From assembly GCA_029861865.1 (NCBI GenBank), contig JAOTYL010000016.1, forward strand, positions 15,633-79,632: a stretch of 64,000 nucleotides of DNA. The letters run 5' to 3'. The stretch is from Myxococcales bacterium (GTDB lineage Bacteria; Myxococcota_A; Polyangia; Polyangiales; Houyiibacteriaceae). This document shows positions 47,869 to 57,972 of the stretch, in pieces (the stretch's first letter is position 1; each line of letters opens with the position of its first letter). Under the pieces are notes generated by a model that worked only from the letters and a program-made list of their open reading frames with translations, made no database searches and was not told the DNA's origin. The position numbers were made by a program, and so were the translations under genes.

Positions 47869-48533
47869 GGTGTGTCCGTGAGGCGGTACCCGATGCCCCA
47901 GACGGTTTCGAGTTGAGCCGCTGCGTCTCCCAGCTTGCTCCGGAGTCTAGAGATGTGGACGTCGAGCGTGCGTCTGCTCCCATGGTGTGCACGGTCGAGG
48001 GCAGCGTCTACGATCGCGTCTCGGCTCACGGCTGAGCCTTTCCGGCGGGCCAGCAAAGCGAGGATCTCGAACTCAACTCGCGTGAGGGAAATCGCACCCG
48101 TCTTGGTCCGCGCCTCTCGGCGTTCGAGATCGATCTGAATCGAGCCAACGGCGAGCCGTTGCGTCTCGAGGAGATTGGGTCGCCGCAAGCAGGCCTGGAT
48201 GCGCGCGATGAGCTCTTCCGGGAAGAAGGGCTTCGTAACGTAGTCGTCGGCGCCGAGCTTCAACCCGCGGATTTTGTCCGAAGTGTCGTCACGCGCGCTG
48301 AGAATCAACACTGGAACTTCGGACCTCAGACGGTACCGTTTGAGCAAGTCCATGCCATAGGTTCCCGGCAGCATCAGGTCCAAGATGATCAGGCGATAGC
48401 TGTCAGGATCGATCTCGCGTGCCGAGTCACCATCTTGAACCCAATGCGGATCGAACCCTGCCTGCGAAAGGGTCTGCACCACTTGTTGACCAAGCGCTAC
48501 GTCGTCTTCCACGAGCAGGATTCGATTCGGCAC
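47865..48533 (-). CDS. OmpR-family response regulator
   Basis: LLVEDD, LDLMLPG, GADDYVTKPF, DVHISRLRSKL, TVWGIGYRL. Confidence 0.95.
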   Translation of the reverse strand: MPNRILLVEDDVALGQQVVQTLSQAGFDPHWVQDGDSAREIDPDSYRLIILDLMLPGTYGMDLLKRYRLRSEVPVLILSARDDTSDKIRGLKLGADDYVTKPFFPEELIARIQACLRRPNLLETQRLAVGSIQIDLERREARTKTGAISLTRVEFEILALLARRKGSAVSRDAIVDAALDRAHHGSRRTLDVHISRLRSKLGDAAAQLETVWGIGYRLTDTP

Positions 48534-48544
48534 GGGTTCTCCGG

Positions 48545-48976
48545 TTACTTCGTGTCGTCAGCCTGACGGCGTTCCCGATGCTGTTGCATTCGCTCCGCCT
48601 TGTGCTCGCGCTTCAGCAATCGAAGCTGCTCGCGTTGGTCACAGCTCAGGTTCGCATAGATTTGATCCTCCGTCGCGAAACGAAGATCCCGGAAGGCGGT
48701 GAATTTCTCAGGTCCCCTCGGCATTTCTTTGATCTCCTGAGCGCGTGAGCGTGCCTGCTCCATGATCGTGCGGATCTGGGCTTCCTGGGCGGTGCTGAGA
48801 CTCAGCCGCTCGGTCATCTCGGTGAGATGCTCCTCCATTTTTTCGGGCGTCCAATGGTGGCCCTTGGCATGAGGCCCATGTGGGCTTGCAAACGCGACCG
48901 CGCCGATGGTCAAAGCGAGGCCAAACGCGCCTCCTATCAGTGCTCCGATGACCGTTCCCTTGTTATACGACTTCAT
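48545..48976 (-). CDS. Spy/CpxP-like exported protein
   Basis: Signal peptide, LSLSTAQ and LSCDQRE LTXXQ-like motifs, upstream of a two-component system. Confidence 0.7.
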   Translation of the reverse strand: MKSYNKGTVIGALIGGAFGLALTIGAVAFASPHGPHAKGHHWTPEKMEEHLTEMTERLSLSTAQEAQIRTIMEQARSRAQEIKEMPRGPEKFTAFRDLRFATEDQIYANLSCDQREQLRLLKREHKAERMQQHRERRQADDTK

Positions 48977-49028
48977 GAGTGTTCCTTTCTGGGAGGTCTT
49001 GCCTCCTCATGAAGTAGACACTGCGGAC

Positions 49029-49044
49029 CTTAAGCGATTCTTAA
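49029..49044 (-). promoter_or_regulatory. TTAAG-N6-TTAAG direct repeat (OmpR-type box)
   Basis: Minus strand TTAAG-aatcgc-TTAAG about 52 bp before the Spy-like ATG. Confidence 0.65.
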
Positions 49045-49126
49045 CGCGGTCCCGGATTTGTGCATCGCCCGAGCAGAGACGGTGCATCCGGGTGAATTGA
49101 GGGCGCTTTTCGGGTAGGTTCCCCGC

Positions 49127-49843
49127 GTGGCGCGCTCCTTTCTCGTTCTCGACATCGAAACCATCGCCGACCCCGAGCTGGTTTGGGACGCCGCGGTGGA
49201 TGGATTCCCACCGGCTCCGTTCCATCAAGTCGTGGCGCTTGGGGTGCTCTGGCTCGATGGCGACTACGGGTTCCAGAAGCTCGGTGCCTTTGGGGGTGAA
49301 TCGGATGCGACTCCGGACGAAGCGACGGTGCTTCGGGAATTCTCGGACTTCGTGGGGAAACGACACCCCACAATGGTGACTTTCAACGGTCGCCGCTTCG
49401 ATTTGCCCGTGCTCGCGAACCGCATGCTCAAACACGGTGTCCCGTTTCCCGCCTATTACGCGAACCGAGACTATCGCTATCGCTATAGCGATGACGGCCA
49501 CATCGACTTGGCAGATTTGCTGACCGACTACGGCGCGAGCAGGATGCCGAGTCTCGACGCACTAGCTCAACTCGTTGGGATGCCCGGCAAGATGCAGGTC
49601 GATGGCTCGAAAGTGCAAAGCATGTACGAGCACGGACGTCACGCCGAGATTCGCAACTACTGCCTGCACGACGTCGTCCAAACGACTTTCGTATTCCTTC
49701 GAGCGGAGCTGCTGCGTGGGCGCCTCGACGAGCAGGCTTACCGCAAACGCGCGAAAGCTCTGTGGGATGCGCTCGAGCAAGATGTGCGAGTGGCAACAGT
49801 GCTGGAAAAGGCAAACAAAGCCAGCGCTTTGCTCAGTGAATAG
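49127..49843 (+). CDS. 3'-5' exonuclease (PolB exonuclease-like, DEDD)
   Basis: LDIETI, TFNGRRFDLP, HIDL.D, NYCLHDV. Confidence 0.85.
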   Translation: MARSFLVLDIETIADPELVWDAAVDGFPPAPFHQVVALGVLWLDGDYGFQKLGAFGGESDATPDEATVLREFSDFVGKRHPTMVTFNGRRFDLPVLANRMLKHGVPFPAYYANRDYRYRYSDDGHIDLADLLTDYGASRMPSLDALAQLVGMPGKMQVDGSKVQSMYEHGRHAEIRNYCLHDVVQTTFVFLRAELLRGRLDEQAYRKRAKALWDALEQDVRVATVLEKANKASALLSE

Positions 49844-49870
49844 CCTCACATTTCCGTATTCTCCCAGGGC

Positions 49871-49886
49871 TTAAGATTTTTTTAAG
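49871..49886 (+). promoter_or_regulatory. TTAAG-N6-TTAAG direct repeat (OmpR-type box)
   Basis: TTAAG-attttt-TTAAG about 68 bp before ATG 49955. Confidence 0.65.
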
Positions 49887-49954
49887 GTTTGGCTTCGTCG
49901 GAGTGAACAAGAGCGCGGAAAAGCCCGTTGCTCACACTCGAAGGAAGGGAAGCC

Positions 49955-50575
49955 ATGCGATATCTATTTCACTTGGGATTGTTTTTGGGGGCACTAGGCG
50001 TCGTCACTTCAGCTGAAGCTCAGCCGAATAGGCGTGCCGACCGAGAGGTCACCGTGGTTGTCGCCGGCCACGGGCACCCCAAGTACGACGACTCTAAGCA
50101 TTACTCTAAGCATCACTCTAAGCATTACGGCAAGCATAAGGCCAAGAAGGGTGTCTATCGAGCGCCGCCAGGGCGAGCTTACGGTCACTACAAGGGTGAC
50201 TATCGATACCGCTTGCATGACGCGCGTCGCGACCTGCAACAGATCGTCGGCATCTCACGCGCGTGGCGGCGTGCCACGATCATCGGTGATTACTACAGGC
50301 AGGCGATGATCGATCGGCGTCTCACGGTGTGGATCGAGCGAGAGCTTTACGAGGCTCGGCGCGATCGTTACGACCACCGCTACGCGCGACAGGTTCGGGA
50401 GCTGAGTCGAGAGATCGAAGCGTTGAATCGGCGTTTCGCGACCGGGCGTGCTCGACGTCATGACTACGCGAGGAAGGCGCAGATCCTCGACCACCTGGTG
50501 GAGCTCTCAGAACGACAAGTCTATCTCGCCGAAGCGCACGAGAGACATCCGAGGCGGCCATACGCCTTCCGTTAG
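49955..50575 (+). CDS. hypothetical secreted His/Arg/Tyr-rich protein
   Basis: Signal peptide ending SAEA, PPGRAYG motif, purine-rich RBS. Confidence 0.7.
   Translation: MRYLFHLGLFLGALGVVTSAEAQPNRRADREVTVVVAGHGHPKYDDSKHYSKHHSKHYGKHKAKKGVYRAPPGRAYGHYKGDYRYRLHDARRDLQQIVGISRAWRRATIIGDYYRQAMIDRRLTVWIERELYEARRDRYDHRYARQVRELSREIEALNRRFATGRARRHDYARKAQILDHLVELSERQVYLAEAHERHPRRPYAFR
50091..50137 (+). repeat. in-frame 12-bp tandem repeat (SKHY/SKHH x3 plus GKH)
   Basis: actctaagcatt-actctaagcatc-actctaagcatt-acggcaagcat. Confidence 0.85.
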
Positions 50576-50683
50576 TCCTCTCCTGCGAGAGGGGATCCGA
50601 GCGTCCCGGCTTTCGCTGGGGCGCTCCTTCTTCTTGGGGCTTGGCGAGCGTCCCGGTCGGTGAGATAAAGCGGTCACTCGTAG

Positions 50684-51040
<357 letters not shown>

Positions 51041-51044
51041 GAGA

Positions 51045-51740
51045 ATGGTGACGAGTTCAGCTTACCTTAGGGGCGTTGTCGCGACAGGGGTGTTCATCTG
51101 TTGCGTCTGCACCGCATACGCGCAGGACGATGCTGGCGTCGAAGTCATCGAGGATGAGGGCGTCGAAGTCATCACCGAGCCGCCACCACCTGCCGAACCG
51201 CTGGAACCCCCAGCGGTAGAGCTCCCGCCCGTCGAAGAAGAGCCACTTCCGATCGAGATACCGTCGGAGCAGCCACCCGAAAAACCCAAAGAGCCGATCG
51301 GCCATCTCCGTGTAGGTGGAGGGATCGGCTTCGGCTTTGGCTCAAACGTGACGTCGTTCGGGATCGCGCCGCAGGTCTCGTACATCATCAAGCGCATCGT
51401 CGAGCCCGGTGTCTCGGTCAGCTATCAGTTCACCAAGGACCGGTCCCAGATCGAAGACATCTCCTGGCACACCTTCGGTGCATCCATTTTCACTCGCCTG
51501 TATCCGATACCAGCGTTGTTCTTCTTGATCGAGGGTGAGCTCATCAACACCGGCTTCCGTCAGGGAGGCTTCACATCCGGTCGAAACAACTACGGCAACC
51601 TGCTGCTCGGGGGCGGTTTCCTCCAGGGTGTCGGAAAGGGTGCGTTTGTTGGCGTCTCGTTGAAAGTGAACGTTTTCACAAACCCGTTCTACCCGAATCA
51701 CTACCCGATCATTTCTGTCGGCGGGGGCTACGCCTTTTGA
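51045..51740 (+). CDS. putative small outer-membrane beta-barrel protein
   Basis: Signal peptide (AYA), Pro/Glu linker, alternating beta strands, C-terminal GGGYAF. Confidence 0.7.
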   Translation: MVTSSAYLRGVVATGVFICCVCTAYAQDDAGVEVIEDEGVEVITEPPPPAEPLEPPAVELPPVEEEPLPIEIPSEQPPEKPKEPIGHLRVGGGIGFGFGSNVTSFGIAPQVSYIIKRIVEPGVSVSYQFTKDRSQIEDISWHTFGASIFTRLYPIPALFFLIEGELINTGFRQGGFTSGRNNYGNLLLGGGFLQGVGKGAFVGVSLKVNVFTNPFYPNHYPIISVGGGYAF

Positions 51741-51772
51741 CCTTCGCGTAGGGAGCACCTACTCCGCGAAGG
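51741..51772. terminator. hairpin between convergent genes
   Basis: ccttcgcg...cgcgaagg stem with inner tagg/ccta; no U-tract. Confidence 0.45.
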
Positions 51773-51775
51773 CAC

Positions 51776-51799
51776 TCGCTGGCACTGACGCTGGCACTG
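51776..51799 (-). repeat. short CAGYGN array on the minus strand (4 units)
   Basis: tcgctg-gcactg-acgctg-gcactg just after the stop of the 51802 gene. Confidence 0.6.
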
Positions 51800-51801
51800 A
51801 C

Positions 51802-52932
51802 TCACGGCGCGCCGTCGAACAGATCCTTAAATCCGCTCGGTGCATGCCTGCCGAAGACGAGGGTTTCTAGGATGCCGATGCCGGTTTGGTCGCCCATCTT
51901 CGCGCGAACCACGTTGTGCACGTGAATCGTGCAGTATTCGTCGGGCTCGACCTCGTCTAGCTTCCAACTCTCGTACCCCGTATCGAGCTCGTCACGCCAC
52001 ATCGCGTGACCCCACTCGGGATGCTGGTAACCGATCCCCATCATTTGAAAGCGAAGCATCGGTTCCAACTCGATGTGTCGCTCCGTGCCGTCCCGTGCGA
52101 TGAGATCGAGGGTCGCGGCCTCGGGCCACCTGGTCCCGCTGCGCCATCGGATCTGGTGTCGCGCGGTCGCCATCACCTCTTCGTCGGCCTCGGTGACGTG
52201 TTTCGGTACTTCTTCGTCGTCGCTGTACGTCTTGACGATCGACGCTGAAAGCTCCTGGGGATGGCCGTTCGGCATCTCGCGGGTCAGGAAGTGCGTGCAG
52301 AATCGATCGAAGTGAAGCGGAGACCAAACCCAATAGACCCCAGGGTCGGTCGTCAGCTTGCTGGGGGCGCCGTCCTCATATTCGCCGACGGGGCGCATCC
52401 CCCACGACTTGTCTCGGTTCCCAATGACTTGATTGCGCGTGACCTCGAAGCGGCGGCCCTTGATCGAAAAGAAACCCTCCCAAGCCCCATACTGGGTGAA
52501 TCGTTGTGTGTCCATGATGAGCCGAGCGCCATCGTACATGACGTTCTTCGGCTCTTGGATCGGTGGCGCTTTCGCGTGGAATGAGAGATCGCATTCGACT
52601 TCGGTGTCGTTGGGCTCGATCACTACGCGAACGATCCGCATGGGCTGGGCCACTTCGACGCGTAGCGGCCCCGCAGTGGAATCCATCGGGTTGTCGGCCA
52701 CCCTTCGCGAGGCGTGGAATGAATGCTGAACCCCTTCGACCGTGACGCTGAAATGGCCGTCCTGCACGAAGCGGTGTGGATAGCGACCGAATCCGATTTC
52801 GAACAGAAACTTCCCCGCTTTATCGAAGCCGCTGAACCAGTAACGATCGTAAAAGTTGCGGTTTGAAAGGCCTGGTTGGTTGACCGGGAAGGGCGCCTGG
52901 TGGATCAGATAGTCATCGAAGTCGGTGATCAC
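51802..52932 (-). CDS. hypothetical protein (AttH/tocopherol-cyclase-like beta fold)
   Basis: DDYLIHQ, NFYDRYWF, RDKSWGMRP motif of lipocalin/AttH-like hydrolases. Confidence 0.6.
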   Translation of the reverse strand: MITDFDDYLIHQAPFPVNQPGLSNRNFYDRYWFSGFDKAGKFLFEIGFGRYPHRFVQDGHFSVTVEGVQHSFHASRRVADNPMDSTAGPLRVEVAQPMRIVRVVIEPNDTEVECDLSFHAKAPPIQEPKNVMYDGARLIMDTQRFTQYGAWEGFFSIKGRRFEVTRNQVIGNRDKSWGMRPVGEYEDGAPSKLTTDPGVYWVWSPLHFDRFCTHFLTREMPNGHPQELSASIVKTYSDDEEVPKHVTEADEEVMATARHQIRWRSGTRWPEAATLDLIARDGTERHIELEPMLRFQMMGIGYQHPEWGHAMWRDELDTGYESWKLDEVEPDEYCTIHVHNVVRAKMGDQTGIGILETLVFGRHAPSGFKDLFDGAP

Positions 52933-52933
52933 G

Positions 52934-54046
52934 TCATTCTCCAGACTTGGTCAACGTGATGCCGCACTCACGCAGAATGTCTTCGGTGTCAGCGCCCCGT
53001 TGCCGCGCGGGCTTGGGGTCGTCCGGAATCGTTCTCGAGAAGCGCGGCGCGGCAACGGCCTGCTTCACGCCCCCGATGTCGACGAAGGAGCGGCGGGCCA
53101 CGTGGTGCGGATGCTCGAATACTTCGGCAGTCGCGAGAACGGGTGCGAAACACGCATCGGTTCCTTCAAGGAGCTCGCACCACTCGTCACGAGTTCGTTG
53201 TCGAAATAGCTCTTCGAACTCGGGGCGGAGCTCCTGCCATTTGTCAGGCCTCAGGTGCTCCATCGGCGCGGGCGCGTTTTCGAGGCCGAGCTTTTCAACC
53301 AGGACTCGATAAAACTGCGGTTCGAGGGCGCCGACCGAGATGTATTTTCCATCGCTCGTCTCGTACACATCGTAGTAGGCTGCGCCGGAGTCGAGCAGGT
53401 TTTCGCCTCGCCTATCCGACCAAAACCCTTGCTGCATGCCGGCATACACGCTTGCCATCAGCGCGGCGACACCGTCGACCATCGCGGCATCGACGACTTG
53501 CCCTTTCCCCGACTTGCCCGTTTCGAGAAGCGCTGCAAGGACCCCATAAGCGAGAAGGAGCCCACCGCCCCCGAAGTCCCCCACCAAGTTGATCGGTATG
53601 GTGGGGCGCTCCCCTTTGCGCCCGATGGCGTGCAAGGCTCCAGCCAGCGCGATGTAGTTGATGTCGTGGCCGGCGCTCTTCGCGAGCGGGCCACTCTGTC
53701 CCCAACCGGTCATCCGTCCGTACACCAAGCGAGGGTTCGCCTCGAGACAAACCTCGGGGCCGGCGCCAAGCCGTTCCATGACGCCGGGTCGAAAGCCTTC
53801 GATCAGAGCGTCCGCGGTTTTCACGATCTCGAGCAGGGCGTTTGTCCCTTCTGGGCTTTTCAAATCAAGGACGACGCTCTTCTTGCCGCGGCTGAGCAAG
53901 TCGAAGGCAGCCTGCAGGTGCGATGGCTCGGGACGCCCAACACGGATCACCTCCGCGCCCAGATCGGCGAGCATCATCCCGGCGAACGGGCAAGGACCGA
54001 TGCCGTCGATCTCGATGATACGAAGTCCCTCGAGCGGACCCATCAC
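52934..54046 (-). CDS. CaiB/BaiF CoA-transferase family, alpha-methylacyl-CoA racemase-like
   Basis: GIGPCPF..MLADLGA, EGFRPGVMERLG, GHDINY, GDFGGG. Confidence 0.92.
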   Translation of the reverse strand: MMGPLEGLRIIEIDGIGPCPFAGMMLADLGAEVIRVGRPEPSHLQAAFDLLSRGKKSVVLDLKSPEGTNALLEIVKTADALIEGFRPGVMERLGAGPEVCLEANPRLVYGRMTGWGQSGPLAKSAGHDINYIALAGALHAIGRKGERPTIPINLVGDFGGGGLLLAYGVLAALLETGKSGKGQVVDAAMVDGVAALMASVYAGMQQGFWSDRRGENLLDSGAAYYDVYETSDGKYISVGALEPQFYRVLVEKLGLENAPAPMEHLRPDKWQELRPEFEELFRQRTRDEWCELLEGTDACFAPVLATAEVFEHPHHVARRSFVDIGGVKQAVAAPRFSRTIPDDPKPARQRGADTEDILRECGITLTKSGE

Positions 54047-55119
54047 CGCACCTCCGCGAGCGCACGACGCAGGGTGACCGAGGCCAGGTTCTCGGCGTCG
54101 AACTCGTTCTCTTCGTCGATGATCTCGATCTTCTTCATGTACTGCCCAACTCGCGCCATCTGCATCGAAAAGCGTGTTAGCGCGAGTACCGTGTAGTAGT
54201 CAAAGCTCGATACGTCGAAGCCCGTGATCTCCGTCCAGCGCGCGATCGTTTCAGCGGCGGAAGGGAAGCCTGCAAGCCGTTCGAGCTCGAGGCCTTCGGT
54301 GAAGCATCGGTCGGACGCGAGCCACCAGGCGAGGTCTTGCACCGGATCGCCAAGGCGCACCATCTCCCAATCGAGGAGCGCGACGCATTCGAGGCCGTCG
54401 AAGACTTGGTTCGCGAGACGCGAGTCACCCCAGCACAACGCGAGAGGTTGCTTCTTCGGCTTGTTGGCTTCCAGGTATTCGAGGGCCTTCACGATGTCGG
54501 GATGTCGCGATGCCGCCATGCCCCAACGGAAGTAGCCCTGGTAGTAGTCGAGCTGCTGCTCGAGTGGGGTCTCGCCGCGCTCGGGCTCGAGAAGGAAGTC
54601 GAAGTGGCCCTGCCATGAAATACCATGAACTTCGCACATGGCATCGAAGCCGTTCCACCAAAGCCTCTCGCGCTCGCTCTCGGAGAGCTCTTCGGCAATC
54701 CAGCCTTCATCATGCATCGGCGGGTGGTCGCTTGGGATGCGGCCTTCGACGCGCTCCATGATGTAGAACGGGACCCCGAGAACCGACACGTCCGGTTCGA
54801 ACCAGCGCACTTTGGGGACCGGTACAGGGGTTTTCTCGAGGCCTTGCAACACGCGTGCTTGAAGCGCGATGTCGTACGTCGGAAACATGACGTATTCCTC
54901 TGGCTCGAGCCGCGCGACCAAGCCTTCCTCATGTGTCTTGCCGTCCTTCGCGCAGGTCAAGTCGAAGAGGAGGGTGTCGCTCGAGAACCCGGTGCTTAGG
55001 GGCGCTTCCAAATTCTCGATGCGAACGCTGTCTCTTGGGAGCGACAGCTTCGGGGCAAGCCAAGCGACTAGCTTGCGCGCGGTCTCGTCGAGATCCCTCT
55101 CCTCGTCAGCAAATCCCAT
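54043..55119 (-). CDS. phosphotransferase (APH/ACAD10-like kinase)
   Basis: TGFSSDT, PFYIMERVEG, WGDSRLAN, LDWEM..LGDP..DL; start moved to ATG 55119 to clear the divergent gene. Confidence 0.85.
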   Translation of the reverse strand: MGFADEERDLDETARKLVAWLAPKLSLPRDSVRIENLEAPLSTGFSSDTLLFDLTCAKDGKTHEEGLVARLEPEEYVMFPTYDIALQARVLQGLEKTPVPVPKVRWFEPDVSVLGVPFYIMERVEGRIPSDHPPMHDEGWIAEELSESERERLWWNGFDAMCEVHGISWQGHFDFLLEPERGETPLEQQLDYYQGYFRWGMAASRHPDIVKALEYLEANKPKKQPLALCWGDSRLANQVFDGLECVALLDWEMVRLGDPVQDLAWWLASDRCFTEGLELERLAGFPSAAETIARWTEITGFDVSSFDYYTVLALTRFSMQMARVGQYMKKIEIIDEENEFDAENLASVTLRRALAEVR

Positions 55120-55173
55120 GACCCATGCGTCTGCTTGTGTTGTAGTCCCATCGTGGCTATGCGCCACGTGGTC

Positions 55174-55833
55174 ATGTCGAGTAAGACGCTTCGCTTCTAT
55201 TTCGACTATCTCTCACCGTACAGCTACCTCGCATGGCAGGAAATTCCTTTGGTCGCGCGGCGGCACGCCCTTCAGCTCAAGCCCACGCCCGTGCTCCTGG
55301 CTGCGCTCCTCGATCACCACGGTCACAAAGGCCCCGGCGAGATTGCACCAAAGAGAGCCTATGTGTTCAAGGATTGCGTTCGGAGAGCCGCGACCCTCGG
55401 CGTGCCCTTCGAGCCACCGTTCTCCCATCCCTTCAATCCGCTTCCAGCGTTGCGCGTGACGATGCTCGATATGGGCGAAGAACGACGCCTGAAATTGATA
55501 ACGCGGCTTTTTGCAGCGACGTGGGCTGAGGCGCGAGACGTCAGCTCTCCTGAGGTCGTCGGAGCCATCTGCAACGAAGTAGGGGTACCCAATGCGCTCG
55601 AGCGTGTTCAGGATCCGGTCATCAAGCAGCGTCTCAGGGACGTCACGACCGAAGCGATCGAGCTCGGGGTGTTTGGAGTTCCGACGATGCTCATCGGCGA
55701 CGAGCTATTCTGGGGTACCGACAGCCTGCGGTACTTCGAGAGCCACCTGGCCGGCGATGACCCGGTCTCTACGATCGATCCCGCGGCCTGGGATGCGGTT
55801 CGGGCCTCCGCCATGCGCAAACGATCGCGATGA
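55174..55833 (+). CDS. 2-hydroxychromene-2-carboxylate isomerase / GST-kappa (DsbA-like)
   Basis: FYFDYLSPYSYL, HPFNPL, GVFGVPT, FWGTD. Confidence 0.9.
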   Translation: MSSKTLRFYFDYLSPYSYLAWQEIPLVARRHALQLKPTPVLLAALLDHHGHKGPGEIAPKRAYVFKDCVRRAATLGVPFEPPFSHPFNPLPALRVTMLDMGEERRLKLITRLFAATWAEARDVSSPEVVGAICNEVGVPNALERVQDPVIKQRLRDVTTEAIELGVFGVPTMLIGDELFWGTDSLRYFESHLAGDDPVSTIDPAAWDAVRASAMRKRSR

Positions 55834-55838
55834 GACCA

Positions 55839-56573
55839 TCAGCTCCGCACAGCCGAGATGATTAGGTACACCGCCAAGATGGCCAGGACCACTTGGAACC
55901 AAAGCACGAAGCGCTCTTTCGAGACCATGCTCAATAGGTGCTTGCCGAAATAGGTGCCCCCGATGACTGCGGCGATCAGGGCGAGCAAGAGAGGCGCGTA
56001 AGGAGCATAGTCGAACCCCAACGCCAAGAACGCGGGGATCTTCAGCAAATGGAGCCATGTTTGGCAAACCGCTTTGGTGGCGATTACCTGCTCGTTGTCG
56101 AAGTCGTCCCGCAGAAAGAACGGCGCGAGAAACGGTCCGGTCGCCCCGACGAAGATGGTCAGGAGGCCCGCCGCCAACCCGAGAACACCGTAGGACCAGA
56201 CCGGAGGATTTCGGAGGGTCGGCTTGTATCGACGCCATAGCAGGAAGAAGAGAATGAACGCGCCGATCCAGGCGCGGAACCAGGTGAGCTTCGCCTCGGA
56301 CCAAAGCAGGCTTCCGATCGCGATACCGACCACCGCTGGGACCATGAATGTGAAGAAGATCGACCAGCGAACGTGTCGGCGAAACGCCCAGGTGCGCGTC
56401 CAGTTGGATGCTAACTGGACGACGCCATGAACCGGGACGACCACGCGCGCTGGCAGCAATGCGGTCATGACGCCCAGCAGCGTCACGCCTCCAGCCATCC
56501 CGAGGATCGCCGAGATCGTCGCGGTCGCGAAGCACGCGAGCACCAGCGTGATCACGGTGATCAGGTCGAGCAC
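55839..56573 (-). CDS. TauE/SafE-family sulfite exporter
   Basis: GMAGG, VPVHGVVQL, VGATGP, IATKA. Confidence 0.85.
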   Translation of the reverse strand: MLDLITVITLVLACFATATISAILGMAGGVTLLGVMTALLPARVVVPVHGVVQLASNWTRTWAFRRHVRWSIFFTFMVPAVVGIAIGSLLWSEAKLTWFRAWIGAFILFFLLWRRYKPTLRNPPVWSYGVLGLAAGLLTIFVGATGPFLAPFFLRDDFDNEQVIATKAVCQTWLHLLKIPAFLALGFDYAPYAPLLLALIAAVIGGTYFGKHLLSMVSKERFVLWFQVVLAILAVYLIISAVRS

Positions 56574-56645
56574 CAGCGGAGGCTAGCATCAGCCAAGCCG
56601 CGCGGGAGTGATTTACATCCGGCGTTGGATCTCGCACAGTAGGGC

Positions 56646-57962
56646 GTGGCAAAAGCGGACGCGGCAACGCTGCTCGGGCTCGCGCTTGAACAGGCGATCG
56701 GCCCCGCCCTCGTGCTCGATCACGATTTGCGGATCGTTGCAGCCACTGGCGATGTAGCCGGGCTTCTCGGTTCCAACGTACCGATCGGAGTAGCGGCTCC
56801 AAAGATCCTCTGTGGCACCAGTGATCATCGACCCATCGCGGAGGCGATGACAGAGGGGCGGCCGGTGTCGGCCGACGTTCCGCGGCCTGGCCGAGATGGC
56901 GCAATGGTCAACATCCAAGTGCGGGCGGTGCCTCTGCTCGATGGCGAGGACCGCATCGGGTGGCTTCTTTCTCTGAGCGCGGACTCTTGGGCCAGCGATC
57001 AGCACAGCGACGCGGTGGAGGTTCATGGAATCTGGACGCGTGACCCTTCCATGAAGACGCTCTTGCGTGATGTGGGGCGGGTCGCTCGGCGCGACGTGAC
57101 GGTTCTCGTTCGAGGTGAGACAGGGACTGGCAAGGAACTGGTGGCTAGAGCGATTCACCTCGAGTCGCCTCGCAGTCACGGACCGTTCGTCGCGATCAAC
57201 TGCGCGGCGCTGCCGCCTCAGCTTCTCGAAAGCGAGCTGTTCGGTCACGTGCGTGGCGCGTTTACCGGGGCCGTCAAGGATTCCCCTGGGCAGTTTCGGG
57301 TTGCCGACGCGGGGACGATCTTCCTCGACGAGATCGGGGAGCTTTCGCTCGATCTGCAGGCGAAGCTCCTACGCGTGCTGCAAGAGAAGTCGGTGATTCC
57401 CGTTGGGGGTAGGGCTCCGGTGCCGGTCGATGTGCGGATCGTATCGGCGACCCATCGATCGTTGCGCGAGGCGGTCGAGGCCGGCGAGTTTCGGGCGGAC
57501 CTGATGTACCGCATTAGGGTCGTACCGCTGTTCTTGCCGCCACTGCGCGAGCGTCGCTCCGACATCATGCTGCTCGTCGACAAGTTCATCGAGACGCAGA
57601 GCAGTCGAGGCGAGCGTGAAATTCGGGGTGTATCGCCAGGCGGGAGATTGGTCCTCGAGGGCTATGACTGGCCGGGAAACGTACGCGAGCTCCAAAACGT
57701 GATCGAGTACGCCTTCGCCATGGGAGAAGGACCGATTCTCACCGAGTCCGATCTTCCCCCAGAGCTCCTCGGCGAAGAGCCGGGGCCGCGTCTTGCGAAT
57801 CTCCCGCGGTCGCGAGGCGGGAGTGCAGGCTCGCCCGAGGCCGAACGCATTGCAGTCGCGTTGGAACGCGCTGCCGGCCACCGAGGTCGGGCCGCCCAAA
57901 GTCTCGGGATGAGCCGTGCGACGCTTTGGCGAAAGATGAAGCAGCACGGCCTACTCGACTGA
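56646..57962 (+). CDS. sigma-54-dependent transcriptional activator with PAS-like input domain
   Basis: [22 protein letters not shown], Fis HTH (GMSRATLWRK). Confidence 0.9.
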   Translation: MAKADAATLLGLALEQAIGPALVLDHDLRIVAATGDVAGLLGSNVPIGVAAPKILCGTSDHRPIAEAMTEGRPVSADVPRPGRDGAMVNIQVRAVPLLDGEDRIGWLLSLSADSWASDQHSDAVEVHGIWTRDPSMKTLLRDVGRVARRDVTVLVRGETGTGKELVARAIHLESPRSHGPFVAINCAALPPQLLESELFGHVRGAFTGAVKDSPGQFRVADAGTIFLDEIGELSLDLQAKLLRVLQEKSVIPVGGRAPVPVDVRIVSATHRSLREAVEAGEFRADLMYRIRVVPLFLPPLRERRSDIMLLVDKFIETQSSRGEREIRGVSPGGRLVLEGYDWPGNVRELQNVIEYAFAMGEGPILTESDLPPELLGEEPGPRLANLPRSRGGSAGSPEAERIAVALERAAGHRGRAAQSLGMSRATLWRKMKQHGLLD

Positions 57963-57972
57963 AGCGCGCGCC

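Noticed and set aside
56585-56600. Sigma-54 promoter for tauE (CGGCTTGGCTGATGCT, minus strand)
   Set aside because: Spacing is correct but the match to consensus is poor; too likely by chance in GC-rich DNA.
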